Part shown: positions 37,811 to 47,891 of the stretch, one piece after another
Layout of the letters: every line of letters starts with the position of its first letter
How positions within the stretch are numbered: the stretch's first letter is position 1
NCBI RefSeq assembly: GCF_021246445.1
Contig: NZ_JAJQXW010000003.1
Location: forward strand, 372,001-436,000
Origin: Rhabdothermincola salaria
GTDB taxonomy: Bacteria; Actinomycetota; Acidimicrobiia; Acidimicrobiales; Acidimicrobilacustridaceae
Reading direction: 5' to 3'
DNA length: 64,000 nucleotides
Program-made: the position numbers and the translations under genes
The notes under the pieces: generated by a model
Databases searched by the model: none
What the model was told of the DNA's origin: nothing
What the model saw: the letters and a program-made list of their open reading frames with translations, nothing else

Positions 37811-39124
37811 ATGTCGAGGTCGAATCGGCAGGCACGCAGACGGTGGGGACTCGTGGCCTCGGCCGTCCTCGTGGCCCCGATCGTGCTGGCGGGGTGCGGT
37901 AGCGACGACGGCGGCCCGCCTCTGCTGACCTGGTACACGAACCCCGACAACGGGGGCCAGGCCACGTTGGCGGCGGAGTGCACCGAGTCGTCCGGTGGCG
38001 CCTATCGCATCCAGACCCAGGTCCTGCCCAACGATGCCGACTCCCAGCGAGAGCAGCTCGTGCGCCGTCTGGCCGCCGGCGACTCCTCGGTGGACCTCAT
38101 GAGCCTCGATCCGCCCTTCGTCGCCGAGTTCGCCAACGCCGGCTACCTCCTCCCCGTCACCGACCCGGCCGACGTCGACGAGCTCACCGAGGGGGTGCTC
38201 GAGGGGCCTCTGCTCACCGCCTACTGGGACGACGAGCTGGTGGCCACCCCGTTCTGGGCCAACACCCAGCTGCTCTGGTACCGCCAGTCGGTGGCCGACG
38301 CCGCCGGCGTCGACCCCACCGCCGAGGGCTTCACGTGGGCCGAGATGATCGACGCCGCCGAGGCCGAGGGCAAGCGCATCGGGGTGCAGGGCAACCGCTA
38401 CGAGGGCTACATGGTCTGGGTCAACGCCCTCATCAGCTCGGCCGGGGGCCAGATCATCGAGGACGCGGAGCTCGGCGCCGAGGCCACCCCGACGGTGGCC
38501 TCGCCGGCGGGCGACGCCGCGGCCGAGGTGGTGGGGGGCCTGGCCCGCTCGTCGGCGGCGCCCTCGGACCTCACCACCGCCGGCGAGGAGGAAGCCCGGT
38601 CCCTCTTCCAGAGCGACGACGGCTCCTTCATGGTGAACTGGCCCTACGTCTACCAAGCGGCGCGCGAGGGCGTGGAGGGTGGTGCGGTCGACCAGGACGT
38701 CTTCGACGACATCGCCTGGGCCCGCTACCCGCGCGTCGACGCCGACGAGGCCAGCCGGCCACCGCTGGGCGGCATCAACCTGGCCATCGGCGACTTCACC
38801 GACCACCCCGACCTGGCCCTCGACGCGGTGAAGTGCATCACGTCGGTGGAGAACAACGCTCAGTACATGGTCGAGGCCGGCAACCCCGCGGCTCGCTCCG
38901 GCGCCTACGACGATCCCGAGGTGCGCGAGGCCTTCCCCATGGCCGACCTGATCCGCGAGTCGATCAACGACGCCGGTCCCCGCCCGATCACCCCCTACTA
39001 CGGCGACGTGTCCACCTCGGTGCAACGCACCTGGCATCCGGCCTCGTCGGTGCAGGCCCCGGGCACGCCCGAGGACACCGACAGCTACATGTCCGAAGTC
39101 CTCGCCGGGGAGCGCCTGCTGTGA
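37811..39124 (+). CDS. Sugar ABC transporter substrate-binding lipoprotein (LpqY-like)
   Basis: Lipobox LAGC; LPNDADSQREQLVRRLAA, NTQLLWYR, FMVNWPYVY. Confidence 0.9.
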   Translation: MSRSNRQARRRWGLVASAVLVAPIVLAGCGSDDGGPPLLTWYTNPDNGGQATLAAECTESSGGAYRIQTQVLPNDADSQREQLVRRLAAGDSSVDLMSLDPPFVAEFANAGYLLPVTDPADVDELTEGVLEGPLLTAYWDDELVATPFWANTQLLWYRQSVADAAGVDPTAEGFTWAEMIDAAEAEGKRIGVQGNRYEGYMVWVNALISSAGGQIIEDAELGAEATPTVASPAGDAAAEVVGGLARSSAAPSDLTTAGEEEARSLFQSDDGSFMVNWPYVYQAAREGVEGGAVDQDVFDDIAWARYPRVDADEASRPPLGGINLAIGDFTDHPDLALDAVKCITSVENNAQYMVEAGNPAARSGAYDDPEVREAFPMADLIRESINDAGPRPITPYYGDVSTSVQRTWHPASSVQAPGTPEDTDSYMSEVLAGERLL

Positions 39125-39194
39125 GCGCGCCTCACCGCGACGACGCCGTCTCGGCGAGCACGCTGCCCCCGGAACCCCTGCGGAGGTCCCTGCC

Positions 39195-40142
39195 ATGACG
39201 GTCACCGAGACCCCGGCCGGCCCCGACGAGCCGGCCACCGAGCCCGACGGCAAGGCGCCGGTCTCGGACCGGCTGCGCCACGAGCGCAAGCTGGGCTTCC
39301 GCCTGTCGGCACCGGCGTTCATCGTGATGATCCTGGTGACGGCGTATCCCCTCGGCTACGCGTTGGTCCTGTCGCTGTACAGCTACCGGCTCACCGACCC
39401 CGACGGCCGCGAGTTCATCGGCCTGCAGAACTACATGACCGTGCTCACCGACCCCATCTGGTGGAGCTCGGTGAGCACCACCGCCATCATCACCGTGGTC
39501 AGCGTGGCCATCGAGCTGGTGCTCGGCTTCGCCTTCGCATGGGTCATGTACCGCATCATCAAGGGCCGCTCGTTCGTCCGCACCGCCATCCTGGTGCCCT
39601 ACGGCATCATCACCGTGGTCTCGGCGTTCATCTGGCGCTACGCCTTCCAGCTCGACTCCGGCTTCGTGAACTCCTGGTTCGGCCTGGGCGACTTCAACTG
39701 GTTCGGCGAACGCTGGTCGTCGTTGTTCGTGATCACGTTCTCCGAGATCTGGAAGACCACCCCGTTCATCTCGCTGCTGCTGCTCGCCGGGCTGGTGCAG
39801 GTGCCCGAGGAGCTGCAGGAAGCCGCCAAGGTCGACGGCGCCACCCCCTGGCAGCGCCTCTGGAAGGTGGTGCTGCCCAACATGAAGGCGGCGATCATGG
39901 TGGCGGTGCTGTTCCGCACGCTCGACGCGTGGCGGATCTTCGACAACCCGTTCATCATGACCGCCGGGGCCAACGACACCGAGACGCTGTCGTTCCTCGC
40001 CTACCGCCAGAACGTGACACTGGTGAACCTCGGAGCGGGCTCGGCCGTCTCGGTGCTGCTCTTCCTCACCGTGGTGCTGATCGCCTTCATCTTCATCAAG
40101 GGGTTCAAGACCGACCTGTCGCAGGTGAGGGGGGACGACTGA
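39195..40142 (+). CDS. Sugar ABC permease (SugA-like)
   Basis: EIWKTTPF, EAAKVDGA EAA motif. Confidence 0.93.
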   Translation: MTVTETPAGPDEPATEPDGKAPVSDRLRHERKLGFRLSAPAFIVMILVTAYPLGYALVLSLYSYRLTDPDGREFIGLQNYMTVLTDPIWWSSVSTTAIITVVSVAIELVLGFAFAWVMYRIIKGRSFVRTAILVPYGIITVVSAFIWRYAFQLDSGFVNSWFGLGDFNWFGERWSSLFVITFSEIWKTTPFISLLLLAGLVQVPEELQEAAKVDGATPWQRLWKVVLPNMKAAIMVAVLFRTLDAWRIFDNPFIMTAGANDTETLSFLAYRQNVTLVNLGAGSAVSVLLFLTVVLIAFIFIKGFKTDLSQVRGDD

Positions 40143-40972
40143 TGGGCACCAAGGCCAGCAACTGGTGGACCTTCTGGGGCGTGTTGATCCTCGCCTGGGC
40201 CGCCTTCCCCCTCGTCTGGATGGCGTCGCTGGCCTTCAAGAGCCCGGCCACCTTCCGCGACGGCGACTCCGGGTTCTTCCCGAGCGAGTGGACGTGGGAG
40301 AACTTCCAGACCGTCTTCGAGGACGAGCTGTTCACCTCGGCGCTGCGCAACTCCGCCGGCATCGCCGTGATCGCCACCCTGCTGTCGGTGATCGTGGCCA
40401 TGTTCGCGGCCTATGCCATCGCCCGCCTCGAGTTCCGCGGCAAGAAGCTGCTGCTGTCGATGGCGCTCGGCATCGCCATGTTCCCGCAGGCCGCCCTCGT
40501 CGGCCCGCTGTTCAACATGTGGCGAGGGCTGGGCATCTACGACACCTGGATCGGGCTGATCATCCCCTACCTCACGTTCGCTCTCCCCCTGTCCATCTGG
40601 ACGATGTCGGCGTTCTTCCGCCAGATCCCCTGGGAGATGGAACAGGCCGCCCAGGTCGACGGGGCCACTGCGTGGCAGGCGTTCCGCAAGGTCATCGTCC
40701 CGCTGGCCGCCCCCGGCGTGTTCACCACCGGCATCCTCACCTTCTTCTTCTGCTGGAACGAGTTCCTCCTGGCCGCGTCGCTCACGTCGACGGACCGGGC
40801 CCGCACCGTGCCGGCCGCCCTCTCGTTCTTCACCGGGGCCTCGCAGTTCCAGTCCCCCGTCACCGCGGTGATGGCCGCGTCCGTCGTCGTCACCATCCCG
40901 GTCGTCGTTCTCGTGCTGCTGTTCCAGCGGCGCATCGTGGCCGGTCTCACCGCCGGCGCCGTCAAGGGCTGA
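40142..40972 (+). CDS. Sugar ABC permease (SugB-like)
   Basis: EQAAQVDGA, FQRRIVAGLTAGAVKG. Confidence 0.93.
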   Translation: MGTKASNWWTFWGVLILAWAAFPLVWMASLAFKSPATFRDGDSGFFPSEWTWENFQTVFEDELFTSALRNSAGIAVIATLLSVIVAMFAAYAIARLEFRGKKLLLSMALGIAMFPQAALVGPLFNMWRGLGIYDTWIGLIIPYLTFALPLSIWTMSAFFRQIPWEMEQAAQVDGATAWQAFRKVIVPLAAPGVFTTGILTFFFCWNEFLLAASLTSTDRARTVPAALSFFTGASQFQSPVTAVMAASVVVTIPVVVLVLLFQRRIVAGLTAGAVKG

Positions 40973-40987
40973 CAAAGGAGCGCACCC

Positions 40988-42166
<1,179 letters not shown>

Positions 42167-42227
42167 CCCGCCGCCGACCCGCGCACGGGGTCGGCGAGGC
42201 GTCGGCGATCGGCCGGGAGGTGGCTGC

Positions 42228-43550
42228 GTGGCGACACTCGATCTGCGGCTCCGGGAACCGTCGCCGGAGCTGTTGTCGCTGCCCTGGCGGGAACCCCTCG
42301 CCGACTGGGACGTCACGGCCGTCGCCTTCCGCGACATCCCGGTGGGCCCCAGCCGCCACCTGGTGCGCTTCGTCGAGGCCGACGGCCGTCTGTGGGCCCT
42401 GAAGGACCTCCCCCGACGGGTCGCCCTGCACGAGTACGAGGCGTTGCGGGTGATCGAGGCCCGGGAGCTGGCCGCGGTGAGGGCGGCCGGGGTCGCCCTG
42501 CAGCCGAGCGAGGAGGGCGCCGTCCTCGTCACCCGCTACCTCGAACGCTCCTGGCAGTACCGACGGCTGTTGACCCGCCTGCCGTGGACGATGACCGCCC
42601 ACCGGGCTCGCCTGTTCGCCGCCATGACCGCCCTGCTCGTCGATCTGCACCGCAACGGCATCTACTGGGGCGACTGCTCGCTGGCCAACACCTTGTTCAT
42701 GCGCGACGGCCAGGCCATCCAGGCCTGGATGGTCGATGCCGAGACCGCCGAGTTCCACCCCTCGCTCACCGACGGGCAGCGACGCCTCGACCTCGACATC
42801 ATGATCGAGAACGTCGCCGGCGGCCTGCTCGACGTCACGGCCCGACGCGGTGAGCCGTCCGAGGCCGCGGCCCAGGTGATCGAGGAGGCCAACGGGCTGG
42901 CCGAGCGTTACGGGCAGCTCTGGGGCCTCCTGCACGACGAGCCGGTCGTGGCCCTGGGCGATGCCGACGGCATCGGGTCTCGGCTGCGGCGGCTCAACGA
43001 CGCCGGGTTCGCGGTCGACGAGCTCCGGCTGGAGTCGGCGGAGGGGGACGAGAGCGACCGCGAGACGGTGCGGGTGACGGCCAAGGTGGCCGCCCGACGG
43101 TTCCACTCGGAGCGGCTGCAGGCCCTCACCGGGCTGCTGGTGGGCGAGGGCCAGGCCACCATCTTGTTGAACGACCTCGACGACCACCGACGGCGCATGC
43201 AGGACGACCTCGGCCATCCGGTGCCCGAGCCCACCGCCGCCCGCAGCTGGCTCCTGCACGTGCTCACCCCCGGTGTCGAGTCGGCCCATGCCGCGGTCGG
43301 TCACCGAGGTGACCCCACCCAGGCCTACTGCGACCTGCTCGAGGTCCGGTGGCTGCTGAGCGAACGCGAGGGCCACGACGTGGGGGACGAGCCCGCCCTG
43401 CGGGCCCTCGCCGAGCGCACCACGCCCGGTGGCGCCGCCGCCAACCTGGCCTTCGTGGACGCCCCCACCAGCGAGGTGCCGGCGCTCACCCCCGAGATGC
43501 TCGGCACCTCCGGCTCACCCGACGACGAGACCGCCCAGGAGATGGGCTGA
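42228..43550 (+). CDS. DUF4032 / kinase-like (Kdo-like) protein
   Basis: LPWREPLADW, SRHLVRFV, YWGDCSLANTLF, VDAET, RWLLSEREGHDVG. Confidence 0.85.
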   Translation: MATLDLRLREPSPELLSLPWREPLADWDVTAVAFRDIPVGPSRHLVRFVEADGRLWALKDLPRRVALHEYEALRVIEARELAAVRAAGVALQPSEEGAVLVTRYLERSWQYRRLLTRLPWTMTAHRARLFAAMTALLVDLHRNGIYWGDCSLANTLFMRDGQAIQAWMVDAETAEFHPSLTDGQRRLDLDIMIENVAGGLLDVTARRGEPSEAAAQVIEEANGLAERYGQLWGLLHDEPVVALGDADGIGSRLRRLNDAGFAVDELRLESAEGDESDRETVRVTAKVAARRFHSERLQALTGLLVGEGQATILLNDLDDHRRRMQDDLGHPVPEPTAARSWLLHVLTPGVESAHAAVGHRGDPTQAYCDLLEVRWLLSEREGHDVGDEPALRALAERTTPGGAAANLAFVDAPTSEVPALTPEMLGTSGSPDDETAQEMG

Positions 43551-43556
43551 ACCCGC

Positions 43557-44828
43557 TCAGGGGAGCAGGTCGAGCGGTCCGGGGTCGTTGGGGTCGAGGC
43601 CCCGGTCGGGTCCGTCCGGGTCGCGGCGGCCGTCCGTGTCGTCCGGCCGGCCCGGATCGTCCGGCCCGTCGGAGAGGGCGGCGGCGGCCAGGGCGGTGGT
43701 GACCGGGACGGCCAGAACCAGGCCGATGCTGCCCACCAGGGTGCGCACGATCTCGATCGCCACCAGCTCGCTGGTGAGCGCCCGGTCCCAGGGCCGTGCC
43801 CCCTGCATGAACACCAACAGCAGCGGCAACGAGGCGCCGGCGTAGGCCAGCACGAGCGTGTTGACGACCGAGGCGATGTGGTCACGGCCGACCGTGACCG
43901 CGGCCCGGTACAGCTCGAGCCGGGAGAGGCCGGGGTTCACCCGGCGCAGCTCGACCACGGTGGCCACCTGGGTGACGGTCACGTCGTCGAGCACGCCGAG
44001 CGCGCCGATGACGATGCCGGCCACCAGCAGGGCCCGCAGGTCCACCAGCCCGGCGGTGACCCGCAGGGTCTGGGCGTCGTCGCCGAAGAGGCCCGTGAAT
44101 CCGGCTGCCCCCACGAAGACCTGGGCCAGCAGGGCGGTGACCACGAGGCTCACGAGCGTGCCGACGAGAGCGACGGTGGTGGAGGGCCGGAACCCGTGGG
44201 CCAGGTAGAGCACGAGGAAGGCGATGACGAAGGTGGCGGCCAGGGCCACGGGCAGCGCCGGGTTCCCCCGCAGCAGCGAGGGCAGGAGGAAGACCACGAT
44301 GACGGCCAGCCCCACGAAGATCCCCGCCAGGGCGCGCAGGCCCTTCCACCGGCCCAGGGCCACGACGACCACGACGAAGAGGATGGTCAGCAACAGCAGC
44401 GGCATGGTGCGCTGCTGGTCGACGTAGCTGTACTGGAACTCGGGCGGGGCCATGGGGTTGCGGGCCAGCACCACGTCGTCGCCGACCTCCAGCTGGGGCT
44501 TGGAGAAGTCGCTGGCCTGGATGCGGAACTCGGCGCTGGTCCCGCTGGTCTCGCCGGAGGTGACGTCGACCGTCACGATCTGGCAGTCCTCGGTGGCCCC
44601 GGCCACCTCGATGCTCACGCAGTCCTCGGTGGCCACGTCGGTGACGGTGGCGTCGACGTACTGCAGGGTCACGCCGCCCGGGTTCAGCTCGGGAGCCTCA
44701 CCTCTCGGCCACCACACGGCCACGCCGACCAGGCCCACCATCAGCACGGCGACCACGGCGACGGTGAGGCCTCGGCGCAGGCGCGCCTCGTCGGGGCCGT
44801 CGTGGAGGTGACCGTGCGCCCCGGACAT
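43557..44828 (-). CDS. YibE/F family membrane protein
   Basis: IGALGVLDDVTVTQ, GRDHIASVVNTLVLAYAG, EIVRTLVGSIG. Confidence 0.93.
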   Translation of the reverse strand: MSGAHGHLHDGPDEARLRRGLTVAVVAVLMVGLVGVAVWWPRGEAPELNPGGVTLQYVDATVTDVATEDCVSIEVAGATEDCQIVTVDVTSGETSGTSAEFRIQASDFSKPQLEVGDDVVLARNPMAPPEFQYSYVDQQRTMPLLLLTILFVVVVVALGRWKGLRALAGIFVGLAVIVVFLLPSLLRGNPALPVALAATFVIAFLVLYLAHGFRPSTTVALVGTLVSLVVTALLAQVFVGAAGFTGLFGDDAQTLRVTAGLVDLRALLVAGIVIGALGVLDDVTVTQVATVVELRRVNPGLSRLELYRAAVTVGRDHIASVVNTLVLAYAGASLPLLLVFMQGARPWDRALTSELVAIEIVRTLVGSIGLVLAVPVTTALAAAALSDGPDDPGRPDDTDGRRDPDGPDRGLDPNDPGPLDLLP

Positions 44829-44947
44829 GGGCCCCGAGTCTGGCGCGTCGGTCGCCCGTCGCCGGGTCGGTTGCCCCGGGAACGATCGGCGCGGCTCACC
44901 AGGCGCAGCTGCGGGAACCAGCGCGGTCCGCGTAGCGTCGAACCACC

Positions 44948-45826
44948 ATGCGACGGCCTCTGTTGATCACCCTCGCCCTCATGAGCTTGCTGGCGGCCAC
45001 CGCCTGCGGCGACGGCAGCAGCAACAACAACAGCGGCAGCAGCAGCGCCGCCGATCCCGCTCCCGGTGCGCCCGCCGACGAGGTGATCGGCAGCACCTAC
45101 CTGGGCGAGTCGATCGAGGTCGACGGAGCACCGGTCGCCGTGCCGGGCGGCGGCACGTTCGAGATCACCTTCGCCGGACCCGACGGACCCGCCGCCGGCA
45201 CGGTGCGCGCCCACGCGGTCTGCAACCACTTCGGCGGCCACTACACGCTCGACGGCGACCAGCTCGCCGTGGAGGGTTGGGGCACGACGGAGATGGCCTG
45301 CGAACCACCCGCGGAGGAGTTCGACAGCCTGGTGAAGGAGCTGTTGACCGACGCCCGCCTCAGCCTCGACGGCGACACCCTCACCGTCGAGGCCGACAGT
45401 GAGGGCCGGACGCTGCGGGCGGTCCTCACCGACGCCGAGGTGCTCGACCCGTCGGCGCCGGTGGAGGGCACGACGTGGCTGCTCGAGGGCATCCTCGACG
45501 ACGAGATGGCCACCGCTGTCCCCATCGACACCGGCCCGGTGACGATGACGCTCGAGGGCGGCTTCCTCAGCGTCGACACCGGCTGCAACGGCGTCGGCGG
45601 CGACTACGTGCTCGAGGACGACACCCTCACGGTGACCGTGGGCCCCTCCACCGAGATGTGGTGCGGCGGGGCGGTCGACGAACTCGAGGGCCGACTGCGA
45701 GAGCTGTTCTCCCAGCCGCTCGAGGTGCGCACCGAGCGTCGCCGCGACGCCGGCACGCTCCTCAGCCTGCTCGACGCCACCGGGCAGGGCGCCCTGTTCG
45801 GCGCCGAGCACACCGCCGAGGGGTGA
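44948..45826 (+). CDS. Lipoprotein with two META (HslJ-like) domains
   Basis: Lipobox ATAC; CNHFGGHY...TEMAC and GCNGVGGDY...TEMWC. Confidence 0.85.
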   Translation: MRRPLLITLALMSLLAATACGDGSSNNNSGSSSAADPAPGAPADEVIGSTYLGESIEVDGAPVAVPGGGTFEITFAGPDGPAAGTVRAHAVCNHFGGHYTLDGDQLAVEGWGTTEMACEPPAEEFDSLVKELLTDARLSLDGDTLTVEADSEGRTLRAVLTDAEVLDPSAPVEGTTWLLEGILDDEMATAVPIDTGPVTMTLEGGFLSVDTGCNGVGGDYVLEDDTLTVTVGPSTEMWCGGAVDELEGRLRELFSQPLEVRTERRRDAGTLLSLLDATGQGALFGAEHTAEG

Positions 45827-45874
45827 CGGCCGAGCCGTCACCCCTGCCGCGGGCGGCGCGGTCGGTGGGCCGGG

Positions 45875-46750
45875 TCAGATGTCGGCCGGGACCTGGGTGA
45901 GCGAGGGGTAGCCGGCGCGCACGGCGGCGATGTCGTCGGCGGGGTCCGGGGTCAGGTCGCACAGCGAGACGAAGACGCTCTCGCCCTCGGGCAGCTCGGG
46001 CACGACCTCGGCGCGGGGCACCTCCTGGAGGGGGCCCATCTCCTCGGGCGGACAGGTGGGGATGTTCACGCTGGTGACCGTGTCGGTCTGGAACTCGCCG
46101 CCGATGAGCGCCTCGCAGTTCTCCTCGATCCAGTCGGCGGCGAAGTCGGCGCCCCAGCCGAACTGGGCGTCGTCGAGCTCGAGCCCGGCGCTCATGGCCA
46201 GGGCCGGCACGTCGCGGCGGATGGCGGTGCGGCCCACGCCCACGGTGCCCGACAACGAGGCCAGCGGCCCGAAGTTGTGGCCGGGGTTGATGCCCGAGAC
46301 GACGAGGTCCGGCTCGAGGCCGAGGTCGTCGAGGGCGACGAGGACGGCGTCGGCCGGGAAGCCGTCGACGGCGTAGCCCTCGTTGCCCCCGGGGGTGGTG
46401 GCCTCTTCGTAGGTCGCCCCGCCCTCCGTGGTCCGATCCGAGCTGCCGCTCTTCTCGTCGGCGGGGGCGACGACGGTGAGCTCGAAGTCCTCGTTCTGCG
46501 AGAGGCGGTCGATCATCACGTCGATGGCCGGGTTGACCATGCCGTCGTCGTTGACCAGCAGGATCTGCAGCGGACCGGTCTCGGCGGTGACGCACCCGGT
46601 GTCGGCGGCGACCGTGGTCGAGGTGGTCTCGGCCGCCTCGGTGGTGTCGGGGCTGGCGCTGTCGCCGTCGTCGCTGCTGCACGCACCGAAGGACAGGGCC
46701 GCCAGCAACGCGACGGGGACGGGGGCGAACACTCGGGTGGCGCGACGCAC
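45875..46750 (-). CDS. SurE-like 5'/3'-nucleotidase, lipoprotein form
   Basis: ILLVNDDG, VVAP..SG.S, DLVVSGINPG.N, SGTVG; lipobox FGAC; GGAGG SD before GTG 46750. Confidence 0.85.
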   Translation of the reverse strand: MRRATRVFAPVPVALLAALSFGACSSDDGDSASPDTTEAAETTSTTVAADTGCVTAETGPLQILLVNDDGMVNPAIDVMIDRLSQNEDFELTVVAPADEKSGSSDRTTEGGATYEEATTPGGNEGYAVDGFPADAVLVALDDLGLEPDLVVSGINPGHNFGPLASLSGTVGVGRTAIRRDVPALAMSAGLELDDAQFGWGADFAADWIEENCEALIGGEFQTDTVTSVNIPTCPPEEMGPLQEVPRAEVVPELPEGESVFVSLCDLTPDPADDIAAVRAGYPSLTQVPADI

Positions 46751-46871
46751 GAAGGACCTCCATGGGGAACGGACGCCGGAGAGTCTCAGGGGCGCAGTCC
46801 TCGGCGTCCAACGCCCTTCGGGGCCGGTCCGATGCCCAGCGGGCATCGGACGCGTCCTAGGCTCCGGGCTC

Positions 46872-47744
46872 GTGAACCTCCAGCAGCTGCGCTACGTGGT
46901 GGCCACGGCCGAGCTCGGCACCATGACCAGCGCCGCCGCCGCCTGCCACGTGGGCCAACCGGCCCTGACCCGGGCGGTGCGGGCCCTCGAACGCGAGCTG
47001 GGCCTCACCATGTTCGTGCGGCGGGGCCGCAGCGTGGAGCTCACCGCGGAGGGCGAGGAGGTCGTGGCCATCGCCCGCAGGGTGCTCGGAGAGGTGGACG
47101 CCCTCGAGCGGCTGAGCCGTCGCGGAGGGCGGGGGCAGGGGCTCAAGCTGGCCGCCACCCCCACGATCCAGGCCGACCTGGGTTCGGGCCTCATCCGTGA
47201 CTACTGGCGCGACCACCCCGAGCACCCGGTGCGCTTCGTGCACTGCGAGAGCCGCCTGGCGGTGGCCGAGGCGGTGCGCAGCGGTCGAGCCGACGTGGGC
47301 GTCGCCGACCTGCCGATCCCCGACGACGGCCTCGAAACGGTGCCGTTCGAGTGGCGCGACGTGGTGCTGCTGGGCCCGCCCGGCACCGGGCTCCCCGACC
47401 CGTTCCCCGTCGCCCGGCTGGCCGAGGTCCGCCTCATCACCACCAGTCGGGGCGGGCATCGACGAGCAGAGTTCGACGGGCTGTTCGCCGAGCTGGGGGT
47501 CACCCCCGACGTCGCCTTCGAGAGCGACGAGCGGGCCTCGTGGATCCCCGCCGTGCTCGCCGGCGTCGGGTGCTGCCTCTGGTACCGATCTCAAGGCGAG
47601 TCGGCCAGCCTCCAGGGGATCGAGGTCGTGGCGCTCGAGCCCGCCCTCGGGCGGGCCATCGGCGTGGTCCACCGACGCGGACCGCTCGCCACCCCGGTCG
47701 CCGCCCTGGTCGACGCCGCCCGCCGCCGCGCCGACGCCCGCTGA
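46872..47744 (+). CDS. LysR family transcriptional regulator
   Basis: MNLQQLRYVVA...AAAACHVGQPALTRAVRALERELG HTH. Confidence 0.93.
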   Translation: MNLQQLRYVVATAELGTMTSAAAACHVGQPALTRAVRALERELGLTMFVRRGRSVELTAEGEEVVAIARRVLGEVDALERLSRRGGRGQGLKLAATPTIQADLGSGLIRDYWRDHPEHPVRFVHCESRLAVAEAVRSGRADVGVADLPIPDDGLETVPFEWRDVVLLGPPGTGLPDPFPVARLAEVRLITTSRGGHRRAEFDGLFAELGVTPDVAFESDERASWIPAVLAGVGCCLWYRSQGESASLQGIEVVALEPALGRAIGVVHRRGPLATPVAALVDAARRRADAR

Positions 47745-47891
47745 CACAGCCCCACCGTCGGCCGACGAAAGCGACGACGACCCGACGACCGCCCGACACG
47801 GCGCCGAGGCCGGCGCCGAACCGACCGCTACCGTGATGGCGCGCCCCGGCCCGGACGGCGGTCGTCCGCGATCCACGAGCGCACCTGGATC

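Noticed and set aside
42228..43550. DUF4032 next to a sugar ABC ATPase as a novelty
   Set aside because: To my knowledge this association is common in actinobacteria
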